DNA of 64,000 nucleotides from Candidatus Limnocylindrales bacterium (GCA_035559535.1 DATMBG010000042.1:1-64000); one strand, 5' to 3'; shown: positions 31,014-42,565, numbered from the stretch's first letter. The notes: generated by a model not told the origin, from the sequence alone. Numbers and translations are program-made.

Positions 31014-33470
31014 ATGTTCGACAGATTTACAGAGCGAGCACGTAAAGTGATTATTTTAGCCAGAGATGAGGCCAGTCGTCTTAAACATGATAGTTTAGAC
31101 TGTGAGCATCTCTTGCTAGGCCTTATTCGAGAAGGGGGAGGGATTGCCATAGCAGCCCTGCAAAAACTAGGTGTAGACCCCGATCGGCTGCGACAGGAAA
31201 TCGAAAGCCGATTGGTCAGGGGTAAAGAAGCACCCTCGCTCAGTGAAATACCCTTTACGCCTGCTGCTAAGAAAGTATTAGAGCTTTCAATAGAGGCTTC
31301 TCGTCAACTAGGCCACAATTATATCGGTACAGAGCATTTGTTATTAGGGCTCGAAAAGGAGCGAAATAGCCTGGCTGCTAAGGTCCTCAGGGATTTTGGG
31401 ATAACTGAGGAGAAACTAAAAAGACAGATTTTATGGCTTTTAGGAACTCCTCAAGAAACTACAAAAGAACAAGAAGAATTTAAAGTACTTAAACATTTCA
31501 GTGTAGATCTTACGCAGTTGGCCCGAGAAGGTAAAATTGATCCGGTCATTGGGCGGGATGACGAAACGGAACGAGTCATCCAGATCCTGAGCCGGCGAAC
31601 GAAAAATAATCCTATTTTATTAGGAGAACCCGGAGTCGGTAAAACGGCTATTGTGGAAGGACTGGCTCAGAGAATCGTCAATGGAACGGTACCGGAAATT
31701 CTCCTCAACAAGCATGTGATCACCTTAGACCTGGCTGCTCTGGTTGCAGGAACTAAGTATCGAGGTCAGTTTGAGGAACGGCTAAAAGCCGTTATGAAAG
31801 AAATCAAAAGCTCTGACCGGATTATTATGTTCATCGATGAGATTCATACCTTGGTCGGAGCCGGTGCCGCCGAGGGTTCCATTGATGCTTCCAATATGCT
31901 AAAACCCTCCTTATCTCGAGGGGAAATCCAGTGTATTGGGGCTACAACTCTGGATGAATACCGTAAGTATATCGAAAAAGATGGAGCTCTGGCACGACGT
32001 TTCCAGACGGTGATTGTAAATCCTCCGAAGGCGGAAGAAACCATCAGTATTTTGAAAGGCCTACGGGAAAAATATGAAAGCTTCCATCGGGTCAAGATCC
32101 CCGATGAAGTTATTAAGACGGCGGTTCGACTGTCCGAACAGTATATAACCGATAGATTTTTCCCGGATAAGGCGATTGATGTGATCGATGAAGCCAGTTC
32201 CAGACGGAAACTTCATGGTTACATGTACCCACCTAGCTTTAAGGAGCTCGAGGAAGAGATTCAACAGGTGAATATGCAGAAAGAGAGCGCGGTCCTGGAA
32301 CAAGATTTTGAGAAAGCGGCAGAGCTAAGGGATAAAGAACGTCAGCTACGGGCTAAGTTGGAAACCATGAAGGTGAACTGGCGGGAAAATCGAGAGAAAA
32401 TCACCCCTGTTGTTACAGAAGAAGATGTAGCCCATGTGGTTTCCAAGTGGACCGGAATCCCGCTTTATAAACTGGAAGAGACCGAAACCGAGCGACTCCT
32501 GCATATGGAAGAAGAGCTTCATAAGCGCGTGGTGGGACAGGATGAAGCCATTAAAGCAATCGCCAAGGCCATTCGACGCTCCCGTACCGGACTCAAAAAT
32601 CCAAAACGACCGGTTGGCTCCTTTATATTTCTCGGACCTACAGGGGTAGGAAAAACTGAATTGAGTAAAGCCTTAGCTGAATTCCTCTTCGGCAGTGAAG
32701 CGGCTTTGATCCGAATCGACATGTCGGAGTACATGGAAAAGTTCTCGGTATCCCGATTGGTTGGAGCCCCTCCGGGTTACATCGGATACGATGAAGGCGG
32801 GCAGCTCACAGAGAAGGTTCGGCGTAGACCTTACTCGGTTATCTTGCTGGATGAAATCGAGAAAGCGCACCCGGATGTCTTCAATATCCTGCTCCAGGTT
32901 TTAGAAGATGGTCAGTTGACCGATAGTATCGGACATGTTGTAGATTTCAAAAATACGGTCATCATCATGACTTCTAACGTGGGAGCGCGAATGATCGAAA
33001 AGCGGACTTCTTTAGGGTTCCATCAGCAGGATGAAGAGGTGACCTATGAAAAGATGAAAGAGCTGGTGACCTCGGAGTTAAAAAAGGTCTTTAACCCGGA
33101 ATTCCTGAACCGAATCGACGAGGTAATCACCTTCCATACCTTACAAAAAGAGCATATTAATCAAATCGTGGATATTATGATCGGCCAGGTTAATGCCCAA
33201 CTTGCGAAGAAGGGAATTACGCTGGTGCTTGAACCTGAGGCAAAAGAATGGCTGGCCAATAAAGGATACAATCCAAGCTATGGAGCACGACCTTTACGGC
33301 GCGTGATCCAAAAGTATGTGGAAGATGCCTTGGCCGAAGAAGTCTTAAAAGGTCGATTTAAAGAAGAGACGGTTGTTCGCGTGGTTGTGGAAGAGGAAAA
33401 TAAGCTTGGATTTATCGAAGAACCTTCTAAAACCGAGGAAAAATTGGAAGTTATCGAAAAGGGAATCTAA
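31014..33470 (+). CDS. clpC: ATP-dependent Clp protease ATPase ClpC
   Basis: [12 protein letters not shown], two Clp-N repeats, two Walker A motifs ([16 protein letters not shown]), UVR middle domain, LGF loop. Confidence 0.95.
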   Translation: MFDRFTERARKVIILARDEASRLKHDSLDCEHLLLGLIREGGGIAIAALQKLGVDPDRLRQEIESRLVRGKEAPSLSEIPFTPAAKKVLELSIEASRQLGHNYIGTEHLLLGLEKERNSLAAKVLRDFGITEEKLKRQILWLLGTPQETTKEQEEFKVLKHFSVDLTQLAREGKIDPVIGRDDETERVIQILSRRTKNNPILLGEPGVGKTAIVEGLAQRIVNGTVPEILLNKHVITLDLAALVAGTKYRGQFEERLKAVMKEIKSSDRIIMFIDEIHTLVGAGAAEGSIDASNMLKPSLSRGEIQCIGATTLDEYRKYIEKDGALARRFQTVIVNPPKAEETISILKGLREKYESFHRVKIPDEVIKTAVRLSEQYITDRFFPDKAIDVIDEASSRRKLHGYMYPPSFKELEEEIQQVNMQKESAVLEQDFEKAAELRDKERQLRAKLETMKVNWRENREKITPVVTEEDVAHVVSKWTGIPLYKLEETETERLLHMEEELHKRVVGQDEAIKAIAKAIRRSRTGLKNPKRPVGSFIFLGPTGVGKTELSKALAEFLFGSEAALIRIDMSEYMEKFSVSRLVGAPPGYIGYDEGGQLTEKVRRRPYSVILLDEIEKAHPDVFNILLQVLEDGQLTDSIGHVVDFKNTVIIMTSNVGARMIEKRTSLGFHQQDEEVTYEKMKELVTSELKKVFNPEFLNRIDEVITFHTLQKEHINQIVDIMIGQVNAQLAKKGITLVLEPEAKEWLANKGYNPSYGARPLRRVIQKYVEDALAEEVLKGRFKEETVVRVVVEEENKLGFIEEPSKTEEKLEVIEKGI

Positions 33471-33628
33471 AAGACCGTTGTTAAATACCATCTCCTATAA
33501 TAGGGGCGGGCTTAAACCCGCCCCTATTACGTTTAACGGATTCTTGAACCTATTTTTTTACTTTACTAAAATCGATGTGAGCAGGGATACTCATATTGAG
33601 CTTAGTAAAGTAGAGGCCATTCAAAATA

Positions 33629-34552
33629 ATGAGAAACGTCATTATTATCGGATCCGGCCCAGCGGGACTCACAGCAGCTATTTATACCGCCAGAGCTAAT
33701 TTGAACCCCCTTGTTTTTGAAGGATATGGAGCGGGAGGCCAACTGATGTTAACCACCATGGTGGAAAATTTTCCGGGGTTTCCTGAAGGTATTTTAGGCC
33801 CCCAGTTGATGGAAGATATGCGCAAGCAAGCAGAACGGTTCGGCGCAGAGTTGATTCGGAAAGATGTGACCGGGGTAGACCTCTCTCAAAGACCTTTTAA
33901 AATCCAGGTGGAAGAAAACACCTACGAAACTAAATCCCTGATCATCGCCTCAGGGGCTTCCGCAAAGCTATTGGGACTTGAATCGGAAAAGAAGTTGATG
34001 GGACGAGGGGTTACAACCTGTGCAACCTGTGACGGTTTTTTCTATCGAGGTCAAGAGGTGGCCGTTGTAGGTGGCGGAGATTCCGCCATGGAGGAAGCAA
34101 TCTTTCTTACAAAATTTGCAACCAAAGTGACCGTTATCCACCGACGAGATAAACTACGAGCCTCTAAAATCATGCAGGAAAAGGCGTTTAAAAATCCAAA
34201 AATCGAATTCATGTGGAACTCGGTTGTAGAAAAGGTCCTCGACGAAAACCTGGGTAAGGTTACCGGCGCTTTGATCAGAAACGTTAAAACGGGAGAATTG
34301 ACCGAGAAAAAATTTTCAGGTCTCTTTGTAGCCATCGGACATACTCCCAATACCCAATTATTCGCCGGGCAATTGGAACTGGATGAGCAGGGATATATCA
34401 TCACCCGAAATGGAACCCATACCAGTGTCCCCGGCGTCTTTGCTGCCGGAGATGTCCAGGACCACGTTTATAGACAAGCCATTACAGCCGCTGGAAGTGG
34501 GTGTATGGCAGCCATGGATGTGGAAAAATTCCTGGAACACTCCGAACCTTAA
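33629..34552 (+). CDS. trxB: Thioredoxin reductase
   Basis: GSGPAG, CATCDG, GGGDSA, HRRD, YRQAITAAG. Confidence 0.97.
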   Translation: MRNVIIIGSGPAGLTAAIYTARANLNPLVFEGYGAGGQLMLTTMVENFPGFPEGILGPQLMEDMRKQAERFGAELIRKDVTGVDLSQRPFKIQVEENTYETKSLIIASGASAKLLGLESEKKLMGRGVTTCATCDGFFYRGQEVAVVGGGDSAMEEAIFLTKFATKVTVIHRRDKLRASKIMQEKAFKNPKIEFMWNSVVEKVLDENLGKVTGALIRNVKTGELTEKKFSGLFVAIGHTPNTQLFAGQLELDEQGYIITRNGTHTSVPGVFAAGDVQDHVYRQAITAAGSGCMAAMDVEKFLEHSEP

Positions 34553-34713
34553 ATCCAACAGGAAAATAGCTTTTCCGGCTTCGGACTCCCGGCTGAAGCC
34601 GGGTTATTCCCTGTAAGTCCGAATTGCCTTTATCGAAGAAAGCGATTATATTGTCATTATAGGCTTCATGATAGGTTATTCACTTAAAAATTGAAAAAGG
34701 AGGAGGATAGTCT

Positions 34714-35037
34714 ATGATAACCGTAACAGACGCAGCCGCATCTAAAATCAAGAGTCTTCTGGAACAGCAAGGTAAACCGGGATACGGATTAAGGATGCGG
34801 GTTGTGGGCGGTGGATGTTCAGGATTGCAATATCAGTTAAACTTTGAGGAAAAAGCCAATGCAACGGATAGGGTTCTCGAAACAAAGGGGATTAAAATCT
34901 TCATCGATATGAAAAGCTCGCTTTATCTGGTTGGATCGGAGTTGGACTATGTAGATGGACTTATGGGAGCTGGGTTTAAAATTAATAATCCCAATGCCAA
35001 ATCCACCTGCGGTTGTGGAGAATCTTTTCAGGCTTAA
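34714..35037 (+). CDS. IscA/ErpA/HesB A-type Fe-S carrier
   Basis: GGGCSG and CGCGESF. Confidence 0.94.
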   Translation: MITVTDAAASKIKSLLEQQGKPGYGLRMRVVGGGCSGLQYQLNFEEKANATDRVLETKGIKIFIDMKSSLYLVGSELDYVDGLMGAGFKINNPNAKSTCGCGESFQA

Positions 35038-35288
35038 AACTCTGTAGGGCTCAGCCACAAAGACACGAAGACCCCCGGGTTGAAAGTCGAAGGGGAGAGC
35101 ATAGTTGCCGGGAGCCTTTCTCTTCAGGGAGAAAGGTACGTGTCTTTGTAGCTGAGTGGCCGGGTTTTTAGAAAATTTTCTTGCCTTTCTACTCCTACCT
35201 CTGATAATAATACCTTTAATATCGTCATCTTAGTTTCACAGATTTTAATTTTAGTAGTCTTTGGATTCCGAAAAACCGTACGCGGAGT

Positions 35289-35930
35289 ATGGGAGATACG
35301 ACCCTATTACAAATCGCCCTGGACTGTACCACCATCCAGGAAGCTCTTGAAATTTCCCGGCAGGTCGAGAATTATGTGGATATTTTAGAAGTAGGAACTC
35401 CTCTCTTAAAATCGGAAGGGCGAAGTGCCATTGTGCACCTTCGAAATCAATTTCCGAATAAGCCGATCTTTGCAGACACCAAAACCATGGATATGGGAGA
35501 CTTAGAGGCCCGCATTGTATTTGAAGCAGGTGCCGATATTATGAGCGTGTGCGGAGTCGCTTCCATAGAGACCATCGAAGCGGCTATAGATCAGGCCAGA
35601 TTGTTGAACAAACAAATTCTTATTGACCTGATTGGGGTTCATGATAAACTCCAGTGTGTAGAACGCCTTCGATGGACGAAGCCCAACTTCATCGGCATAC
35701 AAACCGGAATCGACGAGCAGAGGAAGGGTAAGTTTCCCTATCAGGATCTAGAAATTATCTCTCAGGCCGTTTCTTTCCCCCTTGTTGTGGCCGGAGGTAT
35801 TAGCCTGGATGACATTCCTTACCTTATGATGTTTCGTCCTGCCATTATTGTGGTTGGAGGATTTATAACAAGGGCTAAAGATCTAAAAGCAGCCGCAGAA
35901 ACCATTAAGGAGGCGATCTGCAAGGGATAA
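35289..35930 (+). CDS. 3-hexulose-6-phosphate synthase / OMP decarboxylase-HUMPS family protein
   Basis: LQIALD, EVGTPL, ADTKTMDMG, VAGGI. Confidence 0.8.
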   Translation: MGDTTLLQIALDCTTIQEALEISRQVENYVDILEVGTPLLKSEGRSAIVHLRNQFPNKPIFADTKTMDMGDLEARIVFEAGADIMSVCGVASIETIEAAIDQARLLNKQILIDLIGVHDKLQCVERLRWTKPNFIGIQTGIDEQRKGKFPYQDLEIISQAVSFPLVVAGGISLDDIPYLMMFRPAIIVVGGFITRAKDLKAAAETIKEAICKG

Positions 35931-36066
35931 ATCCTTAAGAATCGAAGCAGGCTTTCCGGGACCTCCTCGAACCTCCAGGGGTAAGTTTCTTAACTTTCAG
36001 GGGTAGGTTTTCTGAACCTAGCCCCTCCGACTCTCCTTCCCTATAAGGGAAGGGGAGAGCGGGGTA

Positions 36067-36360
36067 TACGCGCCAGGTTAAGACGCCCCTACCCGGTCCC
36101 TCCCCCGTTTCCCAAGGGAGGGACCTTCCCTTCAAAGTTCCTTCCCCTGCAAACCTAAGGTAGGGGCGCAAGGCCTTGCGCCCGTACAACGTCGCGTCTG
36201 ACATTTAGGAGACCCTCCTCATAGATCTCACCCTTATCCTGGCGCGTATGGGAAAGTGGGGACCCGGATGATTTCGGCGAGGGTAGAAGCGCCAGGATAA
36301 GCTGAAAAGCCCCGGTCAAGGGGCGAACAGGGGGTGGCTCCCAACTTATCCCGGCCTGTA
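36067..36360. mobile_element. Two MITE-like elements (36067-36248, 36289-36360), the first containing a GTAG-type REP
   Basis: TACGCGCCAGGTTAAG...CTTATCCTGGCGCGTA inverted termini; internal GTAGGGGCGCAAGGCCTTGCGCCCGTAC. Confidence 0.55.
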
Positions 36361-36449
36361 GGTTCTTCCCCCCACTTACCAGGGAAGGGACTTTGGGAGG
36401 AAGTCCCCCCTCCCTTGCCATAGCGGGAAGGGGACCGGATCTGATGGGA

Positions 36450-38213
36450 TTATCTCGGTGCTTGAGGTTGTCTACCGGCCGGAGGTTGACTACCCGTAGG
36501 AGGCTGGCTGCTGGCAGGGTACTGTCCACCAGTAGGAGATTGACCACCGGTAGGGGAAGATCGGGAGGTTCCTGCAGAGACGGTGATATATCTTTTTTCG
36601 GTTTCGCTAAACCGGGCTTCGACGACCTGGACATTATTTCTAAATATGACGATACCGGGGGTTTTATTTAATTCTTGCTGAATTTGATTTCCTATCTCAA
36701 TGGCCAGATTGGAAGCTTCTGCATCGGTAGTCTGGGGTAAAACATTAATTCCTATCAGGGTAGCCTTATCCAAATCTTCATTTCTGAAGGAGACAATTTG
36801 CGGATGAGTCGACAAGAGGGTCGCCCGTAGGGTAATAGCTTTCTGCTCTTCAGGGGAGAGTCCGGATCTTTCGGTGGTTTCTTGTCTTAACCGGGTCAAC
36901 ATCTCTTCTTTGGTGGCGGGTTTAGGAATCCGGGGTACTTGGGGTGCCGGGATCTGAAGAGCTTCCAAGTCTCTTCGAATCCACTGCCGGACCTCTGCCT
37001 GGCGGGGGCCTCCCAACTCTAAATAGGTGCGGTAAAGTTCGATGGCTTTTGCCTTATCCTTTATCACTTCATCCATAAGAATGGCCATATTTAAATAAGC
37101 ATCGGCATTGCGAGGGTCTAATTTTAAGATTTTAGTATATTCTGCCATGGCTTCCCGGGTCTGCCCGTTTCTGTAATACCAGTTTCCTAAAGCCAGATGG
37201 GCCCGATCGTAAGTATCCAGACCCCCATTGGAATTTACAATGCCAATGGTCAGATTATGCAACCGATCCAGGGTAAAATAGGTCGATAAAGGAGGAATGG
37301 TAGAAATCTCCAACCGATAAACTCCCGGTTTTAAAATATGGGGAGAGTCCCCGATGGCAGCGTCCAAAAGTTTCACATCGGTCAGATTTTCGAAGACTTG
37401 ATAGATGGAGTAACGGAGTCGACCTGTTTTTTGGGCAAGGCGGATCAAGTCTTCTTGCGTATGGGTATGGGTATTTAAAAAGTCTCCGTGACCCCGGACA
37501 GCTATACAGCTCAATCCGCGCACAGCATCTTCCGAAGGAGGATTAATTCCGATAACATGGATAACCTGCCCTGTTCTGGCCTGGTCTACTCTCTCAAAGG
37601 TTACTGCGCAGGTATCGGTCTGTCCTATATCACAGGTTTCTTGTCCATCGGATAAAACAAATACGACTTTCCCTCCATTCAGGTTTTGAAAGTCTTTGAT
37701 GGAATCCCGGATAGAGTAAAAAAGGGGAGTCAATCCCTTCGGTTGAATGCCTGGAAGGGTTTCCAATATTTTAGATCCGTTTCCTTTTTCAAAGGGGACC
37801 AGAAGGGTCGTATCCAGGCAATTGTTATCGTATTGACCCCCGTTTACGCGCAGGGCGAACCGGGTGTGCTTGGGGAGATGCTCAACAAGGGTGGTTATCA
37901 GATGTTTGGCAACATCAAGTTTTGTCCGACCCTGTAAGTCCATTTCAGACATAGTTTTGGAAGCATCCAGAATAATCTCTACATTAAGGACTTCTTCATA
38001 GGTAAGATGGGTAGCAACCGGTTTAATGTTTTCATCCAATTTTACAATATTAACCTGGGAAATTTCGGGCTCAGGCCTTGTTTTAGTAGAGACCTGGGTT
38101 TTCAAAAAGGCATCCAGGGCAAAAACTGGAGATCCTGAGGCAAAACTTAACAGCACCATCCAGAAGCAAACTGCTTTAATGGACTGATTAAACGTTTTCA
38201 TAGGGGTCCTCAC
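36450..38213 (-). CDS. Secreted VWA + TPR domain protein with C-terminal hexapeptide repeats
   Basis: MIDAS-like ILDASKTM, GLTPL, LSDGQETC; TPR AHLALGNWY..NADAYLNMA; SPTGGQ-like repeats. Confidence 0.8.
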   Translation of the reverse strand: MRTPMKTFNQSIKAVCFWMVLLSFASGSPVFALDAFLKTQVSTKTRPEPEISQVNIVKLDENIKPVATHLTYEEVLNVEIILDASKTMSEMDLQGRTKLDVAKHLITTLVEHLPKHTRFALRVNGGQYDNNCLDTTLLVPFEKGNGSKILETLPGIQPKGLTPLFYSIRDSIKDFQNLNGGKVVFVLSDGQETCDIGQTDTCAVTFERVDQARTGQVIHVIGINPPSEDAVRGLSCIAVRGHGDFLNTHTHTQEDLIRLAQKTGRLRYSIYQVFENLTDVKLLDAAIGDSPHILKPGVYRLEISTIPPLSTYFTLDRLHNLTIGIVNSNGGLDTYDRAHLALGNWYYRNGQTREAMAEYTKILKLDPRNADAYLNMAILMDEVIKDKAKAIELYRTYLELGGPRQAEVRQWIRRDLEALQIPAPQVPRIPKPATKEEMLTRLRQETTERSGLSPEEQKAITLRATLLSTHPQIVSFRNEDLDKATLIGINVLPQTTDAEASNLAIEIGNQIQQELNKTPGIVIFRNNVQVVEARFSETEKRYITVSAGTSRSSPTGGQSPTGGQYPASSQPPTGSQPPAGRQPQAPR

Positions 38214-38418
38214 AGGTTAATCTACGGGTTTCTGTCGTCAAGGGAGTTCACTTAAAGTCATATCTCCCTTGCTACAGAGGTTTTCGGGCTTTGGAGTAGG
38301 TCATTTTTCGCTAAGTATCAGAAATTTTATAGTTTGTCAAGAGCAAAACGTAAAAGATAATGTCAAATTCTGGTTTTCTGTTGGAGGGTTCGGGGGAGGA
38401 AGTTTTACGTTTAAAACA

Positions 38419-38447
38419 TTGACAAAAAGAGACTCAACTATTATATT
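38419..38447 (+). promoter_or_regulatory. Sigma70-type promoter of dnaK
   Basis: TTGACA-N17-TATATT. Confidence 0.65.
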
Positions 38448-38566
38448 AAGGTTGTAATCATATTAATTGTCAAAAGTTTTAGGGTAGGGAAGGTTTTGGA
38501 TCTAATACTTCCATTTCATGACCTAAACAGTTTTCCACCGAGTAAAAACGGGGAAGGAGGTTATTC

Positions 38567-40486
38567 ATGGCTAGCAGTAGCAAAGTTATAGGAATCGATT
38601 TAGGAACGACGAACTCCGTAGTGGCTATTATGGAAGGTGGCGAGCCTACGGTTATCGTTAATCAGGAAGGGAGCCGGTTAACCCCATCGGTAGTAGCTTT
38701 TACAAAAGATGGTGAGCGGTTGGTAGGAAGGATTGCAAAGAATCAGGCCATTACAAACCCTGAAAATACGATCTTCTCTATCAAACGGTTCATGGGACGG
38801 CGGTACGAAGAAGTAACGGAAGAAATTAAAATGGTCCCTTATAAAGTGGTGAGAGCTCCCAACGGGGATGCCCGGGTTGAAATTATGGGTAAGCAGTATT
38901 CCCCACCGGAGATTTCTGCCATGATCTTGCAGAAACTGAAACAGGCGGCAGAAGATTATCTGGGACAAAAGGTTACTCAAGCAGTTATCACCGTGCCGGC
39001 TTATTTCAATGATAGTCAACGACAGGCGACCAAAGATGCCGGTAAAATTGCAGGTCTTGATGTCCTTCGGATTGTCAACGAGCCTACCGCGGCAGCTTTA
39101 GCCTATGGACTTGATAAAAAGAAAGATGAGACCATCGCCGTCTTCGATTTTGGAGGAGGAACCTTTGATATCTCCATTCTGGAGGTTGGAGAAGGGGTAG
39201 TCGAAGTAAAGTCTACCAATGGAGATACCCATTTGGGTGGAGATGACCTGGATCAAAGGATTATCAACTGGTTGGTCAGCGAATTCAAAAAAGATTACGG
39301 CATTGACCTGAGTAAAGATCGAATGGCTTTACAACGGCTTAAGGAAGCTGCAGAAAAGGCCAAGATGGATCTCTCCACGGTTATGGAAACGGAGATTAAT
39401 CTTCCTTTCATTACAGCAGATGCTTCAGGTCCCAAACATCTTAATATGAAGTTGACCCGAGCTAAATTTGAGCAGATGGTCGCAGATCTGCTGGAGAGAA
39501 CCTTAGAACCTACCCGACGGGCTTTGAAGGATGCCGGCCTTGCACCCAGTGATATCGATGAAGTGGTTCTTGTGGGAGGATCTACGCGAATTCCAAAGAT
39601 CCAGGAAATGGTGAGACAATTCTTTGGAAAAGAACCTCATAAAGGGGTTAACCCGGATGAAGTGGTGGCGGTGGGTGCTGCTATTCAGGCAGGAGTTCTT
39701 GTCGGAGAAGTTAAAGACCTTCTCCTCCTGGATGTTACTCCGCTCTCTCTGGGGATTGAGACCCTGGGTGGTGTGACCACAAGGCTCATCGAGCGGAATA
39801 CAACCATTCCAACCCGAAAAAGCGAGATTTTTACAACGGCGGCGGATAATCAAACCAGTGTAGAAATCCATGTGGTTCAGGGCGAACGAGAAATGGCACG
39901 GGATAATAGAACTCTTGCTAGGTTCCATCTGGTAGGAATACCTCCGGCTCCTAGAGGAGTCCCCCAAATTGAGGTGACCTTTGATATCGATGCCAACGGT
40001 ATCGTTAATGTCTCGGCCAAGGATTTAGCTACCGGTAAACAACAGCAGATTACCATTACTTCTTCCAGCGGCTTAACCGACGAGGAAATCAAGAGAATGA
40101 TAAAAGATGCCGAGGCCCATGCCGAGGAAGACAGGAGAAAACGGGAAGAGGTAGAAGTTCGAAACCAGACAGACTCCCTCATTTACAGTACCGAAAGACT
40201 CCTTAATGAAAACCGGGCCAAACTTTCGGAAAGTGATATCAGACCCATTGAAGATGCACTGGCAGAAGCTAAAAGGGCCTTAGAATCCGGTGACGTTTCA
40301 CGTATGCGGCAGGCCAAGGATAATCTGACCCGGGCTTCTCATCGTCTCGCAGAAGCCATGTATCGGCAGGCTGGTGGACAGCAAACCGGTGGATATACCC
40401 AAAGTGGACCCGGCCCAGGTGGAGCAACCGGTGGATCTAAAGGTGGCGATAACGTAGTGGATGCGGAGTTCGAAGATATTAAGTAA
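38567..40486 (+). CDS. dnaK: Chaperone DnaK
   Basis: [44 protein letters not shown]. Confidence 0.98.
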   Translation: MASSSKVIGIDLGTTNSVVAIMEGGEPTVIVNQEGSRLTPSVVAFTKDGERLVGRIAKNQAITNPENTIFSIKRFMGRRYEEVTEEIKMVPYKVVRAPNGDARVEIMGKQYSPPEISAMILQKLKQAAEDYLGQKVTQAVITVPAYFNDSQRQATKDAGKIAGLDVLRIVNEPTAAALAYGLDKKKDETIAVFDFGGGTFDISILEVGEGVVEVKSTNGDTHLGGDDLDQRIINWLVSEFKKDYGIDLSKDRMALQRLKEAAEKAKMDLSTVMETEINLPFITADASGPKHLNMKLTRAKFEQMVADLLERTLEPTRRALKDAGLAPSDIDEVVLVGGSTRIPKIQEMVRQFFGKEPHKGVNPDEVVAVGAAIQAGVLVGEVKDLLLLDVTPLSLGIETLGGVTTRLIERNTTIPTRKSEIFTTAADNQTSVEIHVVQGEREMARDNRTLARFHLVGIPPAPRGVPQIEVTFDIDANGIVNVSAKDLATGKQQQITITSSSGLTDEEIKRMIKDAEAHAEEDRRKREEVEVRNQTDSLIYSTERLLNENRAKLSESDIRPIEDALAEAKRALESGDVSRMRQAKDNLTRASHRLAEAMYRQAGGQQTGGYTQSGPGPGGATGGSKGGDNVVDAEFEDIK

Positions 40487-41336
40487 GTAATGCTCGAAGC
40501 CGATTCAGATTTTTTCGGTCTGACTCGGCTTCTTTTTTTTTGTCCTTGGGAGTCTCCAAAATCTTAGGAACCTCTTTGAAACGTTCATCTTTCAGGAAGC
40601 ATCGAAAGGCTTCCAGTCCTAAACACCCTTCTCCAATATGCTCGTGCCGATCCACCCGGCAACCCAGCCCTTTTTTAGAATCGTTGACATGGATGGCTTT
40701 GACTCGGGATAAACCCACCATCCCATCCAACTCCTGTAAAATTCTCTGATAACCCTGTTCGGTGCGAATATCATAGCCGGCTGCCAGAAGATGACAGGTA
40801 TCCAGACAAACCCCAAACCGGGGCTTCTCTTCCACCTGTTCCAAAATCTCGGCGAGATGCTCAAACCGATAACCCAAATTAGTTCCCTGCCCCGCCGTAT
40901 TTTCCAACAAAATCATCACCCGAGATCCCGGGGTTTTCTCCAAAGCCCAATTTAAAGATTCTGCAATGCGTCTGATTCCCTCTGACTCTCCGGCTCCCAC
41001 ATGGGACCCGGGATGCATGACCAGATAAGGAATATCCAACTGATCACATCGCTTCAATTCAATAAGAAAAGCTTCTCGAGACTTCTGAAGAAGCTCCAGG
41101 TCCGGAGAACCCAGATTAATCAAGTAGGAATCATGGGCCACCACCGGGCTAATCCCGGTTTCTTTTTGGGCCTCCTTAAACTTTAAGATCTCCTCCTCGG
41201 TTAGATCTTTAACTTTCCATTGATTGGAATTCTTCGTAAAAATCTGAATCGTCGTACATCCCACTTCTTTTCCCCGCAGAAAGGCCTTATAAAGCCCTTC
41301 GGATATCGACATATGCGCACCGAGTAACTCACTCAC
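40479..41336 (-). CDS. nfo: Endonuclease IV
   Basis: [42 protein letters not shown]. Confidence 0.96.
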   Translation of the reverse strand: MSELLGAHMSISEGLYKAFLRGKEVGCTTIQIFTKNSNQWKVKDLTEEEILKFKEAQKETGISPVVAHDSYLINLGSPDLELLQKSREAFLIELKRCDQLDIPYLVMHPGSHVGAGESEGIRRIAESLNWALEKTPGSRVMILLENTAGQGTNLGYRFEHLAEILEQVEEKPRFGVCLDTCHLLAAGYDIRTEQGYQRILQELDGMVGLSRVKAIHVNDSKKGLGCRVDRHEHIGEGCLGLEAFRCFLKDERFKEVPKILETPKDKKKEAESDRKNLNRLRALLT

Positions 41337-41583
41337 CCTGGAGTCCCTCCTCCCATAGATCCACCCTTAGAAACCGAATCGGAGTCTGAACCCAAAGTAC
41401 TCCGAACCCTTCAGGGCCGGATCCCCTCCCCTTGAGAAAGATTATTTCACTTTACTAAACTTAACATCCACAAAACAGATAAGCAAATCCAGTTTTTAAT
41501 CTTCCACAAAAAATTTCCCAAAGATCCAACAGGATTATACTCACTTCATGGACAAAAAAAATTAATTTTTTCTTGTCTTACCG

Positions 41584-41611
41584 TAACCATTCGCCTGCTT
41601 TTAGGATTTCT
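41584..41611 (+). promoter_or_regulatory. Candidate ECF sigma promoter, copy 1, at the head of the metal island
   Basis: TAACCATT-N11-AGGATTTCT, repeated with identical spacing at 42507-42534. Confidence 0.6.
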
Positions 41612-41711
41612 TTAAATGAAAGGGAGAAAGATGGGGGTTTAATAAAGTGACCGATGAAAAACCCATATCTTGCGTAAAACCTTTTTAATTTTAAGGAAGG
41701 AGGTTGAGGAT

Positions 41712-41768
41712 ATGCTCCGCAAACGATGGATGCTCCGCGCGGTTGCACGTTGCCGCGAGGGTTGTTAA
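41712..41768 (+). CDS. Candidate 18-aa leader peptide MLRKRWMLRAVARCREGC
   Basis: AGGAGG SD 8 nt upstream; C-terminal CxxxC; embedded in a long nested inverted-repeat region. Confidence 0.5.
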   Translation: MLRKRWMLRAVARCREGC

Positions 41769-41916
41769 CCTGGGTCCTGGGTATGACGTTAAACTGCCCA
41801 GAAGAAGATAAAGGACCCAAACCAGATCGGTGAAGGGGTTTTTATGGCAAACGCGAGCAAGACGACCGGAGATTTAATTTGGAGCGAAGGATATCTGGGA
41901 GTCTAAACGTCAGGAA

Positions 41917-42348
41917 ATGTCAAAGGCCCTTTTGAAAAAAATGGGAATTCTAGGGACCTATTTTTCTACCACTTTTGCCCTGGGTTGCTGCGGATTTGGT
42001 CCGTTTCTTTATCTGGTGTCAGGGCTTTCGGCTCTAGGTCTGGGGTTCTTGGCTAATTTGTCGTTACCGATTCTGTATACCTCCTTGGGAATGACGGTAG
42101 TCGGGCTTTTGATCTCCTATCGCCATCATCGCCATCCTTTACCCTTCATCTTAGGTCTGGTTGGCTCCGGTATGATTCTCTATCCTTTCCATGAAGCCCT
42201 GGATGTCTGGATTTTCCGGATTTTTTTCTCTACAGGCCTGGCTCTGTTAACCCTGGGGGTTATTTGGGACTTGATAAATCCCAGGAGATGGCTGCATAAA
42301 GGATTGAGACAAGGAGAAGGCTGGACCCCTTCCCTACTACGAAGGTAG
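41917..42348 (+). CDS. MerC-like mercury transporter
   Basis: Four TM segments, Cys pair in TM1 (LGCCG), SYRHHRHPLPFILG loop. Confidence 0.7.
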   Translation: MSKALLKKMGILGTYFSTTFALGCCGFGPFLYLVSGLSALGLGFLANLSLPILYTSLGMTVVGLLISYRHHRHPLPFILGLVGSGMILYPFHEALDVWIFRIFFSTGLALLTLGVIWDLINPRRWLHKGLRQGEGWTPSLLRR

Positions 42349-42506
42349 AGGTTGATGACTTCTCAGTTACGTTCTTCTCGTTGAATCTGCCTCGCTCTTT
42401 ACTTCCACTGAGATTTTGCCGATCTGTTCCAATCGAAATCACTCACCTGGTTTAGAGTCGGTCAGGTTGCCGGGTTAAAAAATTTAAAATTTTTTCCCAT
42501 AGATGA

Positions 42507-42534
42507 TAACCATTTTCATGTTTTAAGGATTTCT
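42507..42534 (+). promoter_or_regulatory. Candidate ECF sigma promoter, copy 2, directly upstream of the ECF gene
   Basis: TAACCATT-N11-AGGATTTCT ending 31 nt before the sigma ATG. Confidence 0.6.
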
Positions 42535-42565
42535 ATTTACAAAGTAGGTAAAGCCATAGGGGATC

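Noticed and set aside
34714-35037. HesB/IscA, and also trxB, merA and the CCG oxidoreductase, as selenoproteins
   Set aside because: All relevant positions are ordinary Cys codons with no in-frame TGA
35935-36671. ORFs 35935-36204, 36155-36634 and 36393-36671
   Set aside because: Derived from repeat/MITE DNA and from alternative frames of the VWA-TPR C-terminal repeats
38214-38566. CIRCE/HrcA operator upstream of dnaK
   Set aside because: No TTAGCACTC-N9-GAGTGCTAA seen
41783-41833. Second short ORF (MTLNCPEEDKGPKPDR) ending in TGA
   Set aside because: No SD, the TGA is not in a Cys-type motif and readthrough gives no recognisable protein
41698-41896. 6S RNA, SRP RNA or tRNA-Sec identity for the structured leader
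   Set aside because: No SRP GGAA-loop motif, no cloverleaf or UCA anticodon arm, no recognisable 6S conserved segments; left unassigned pending an Rfam search
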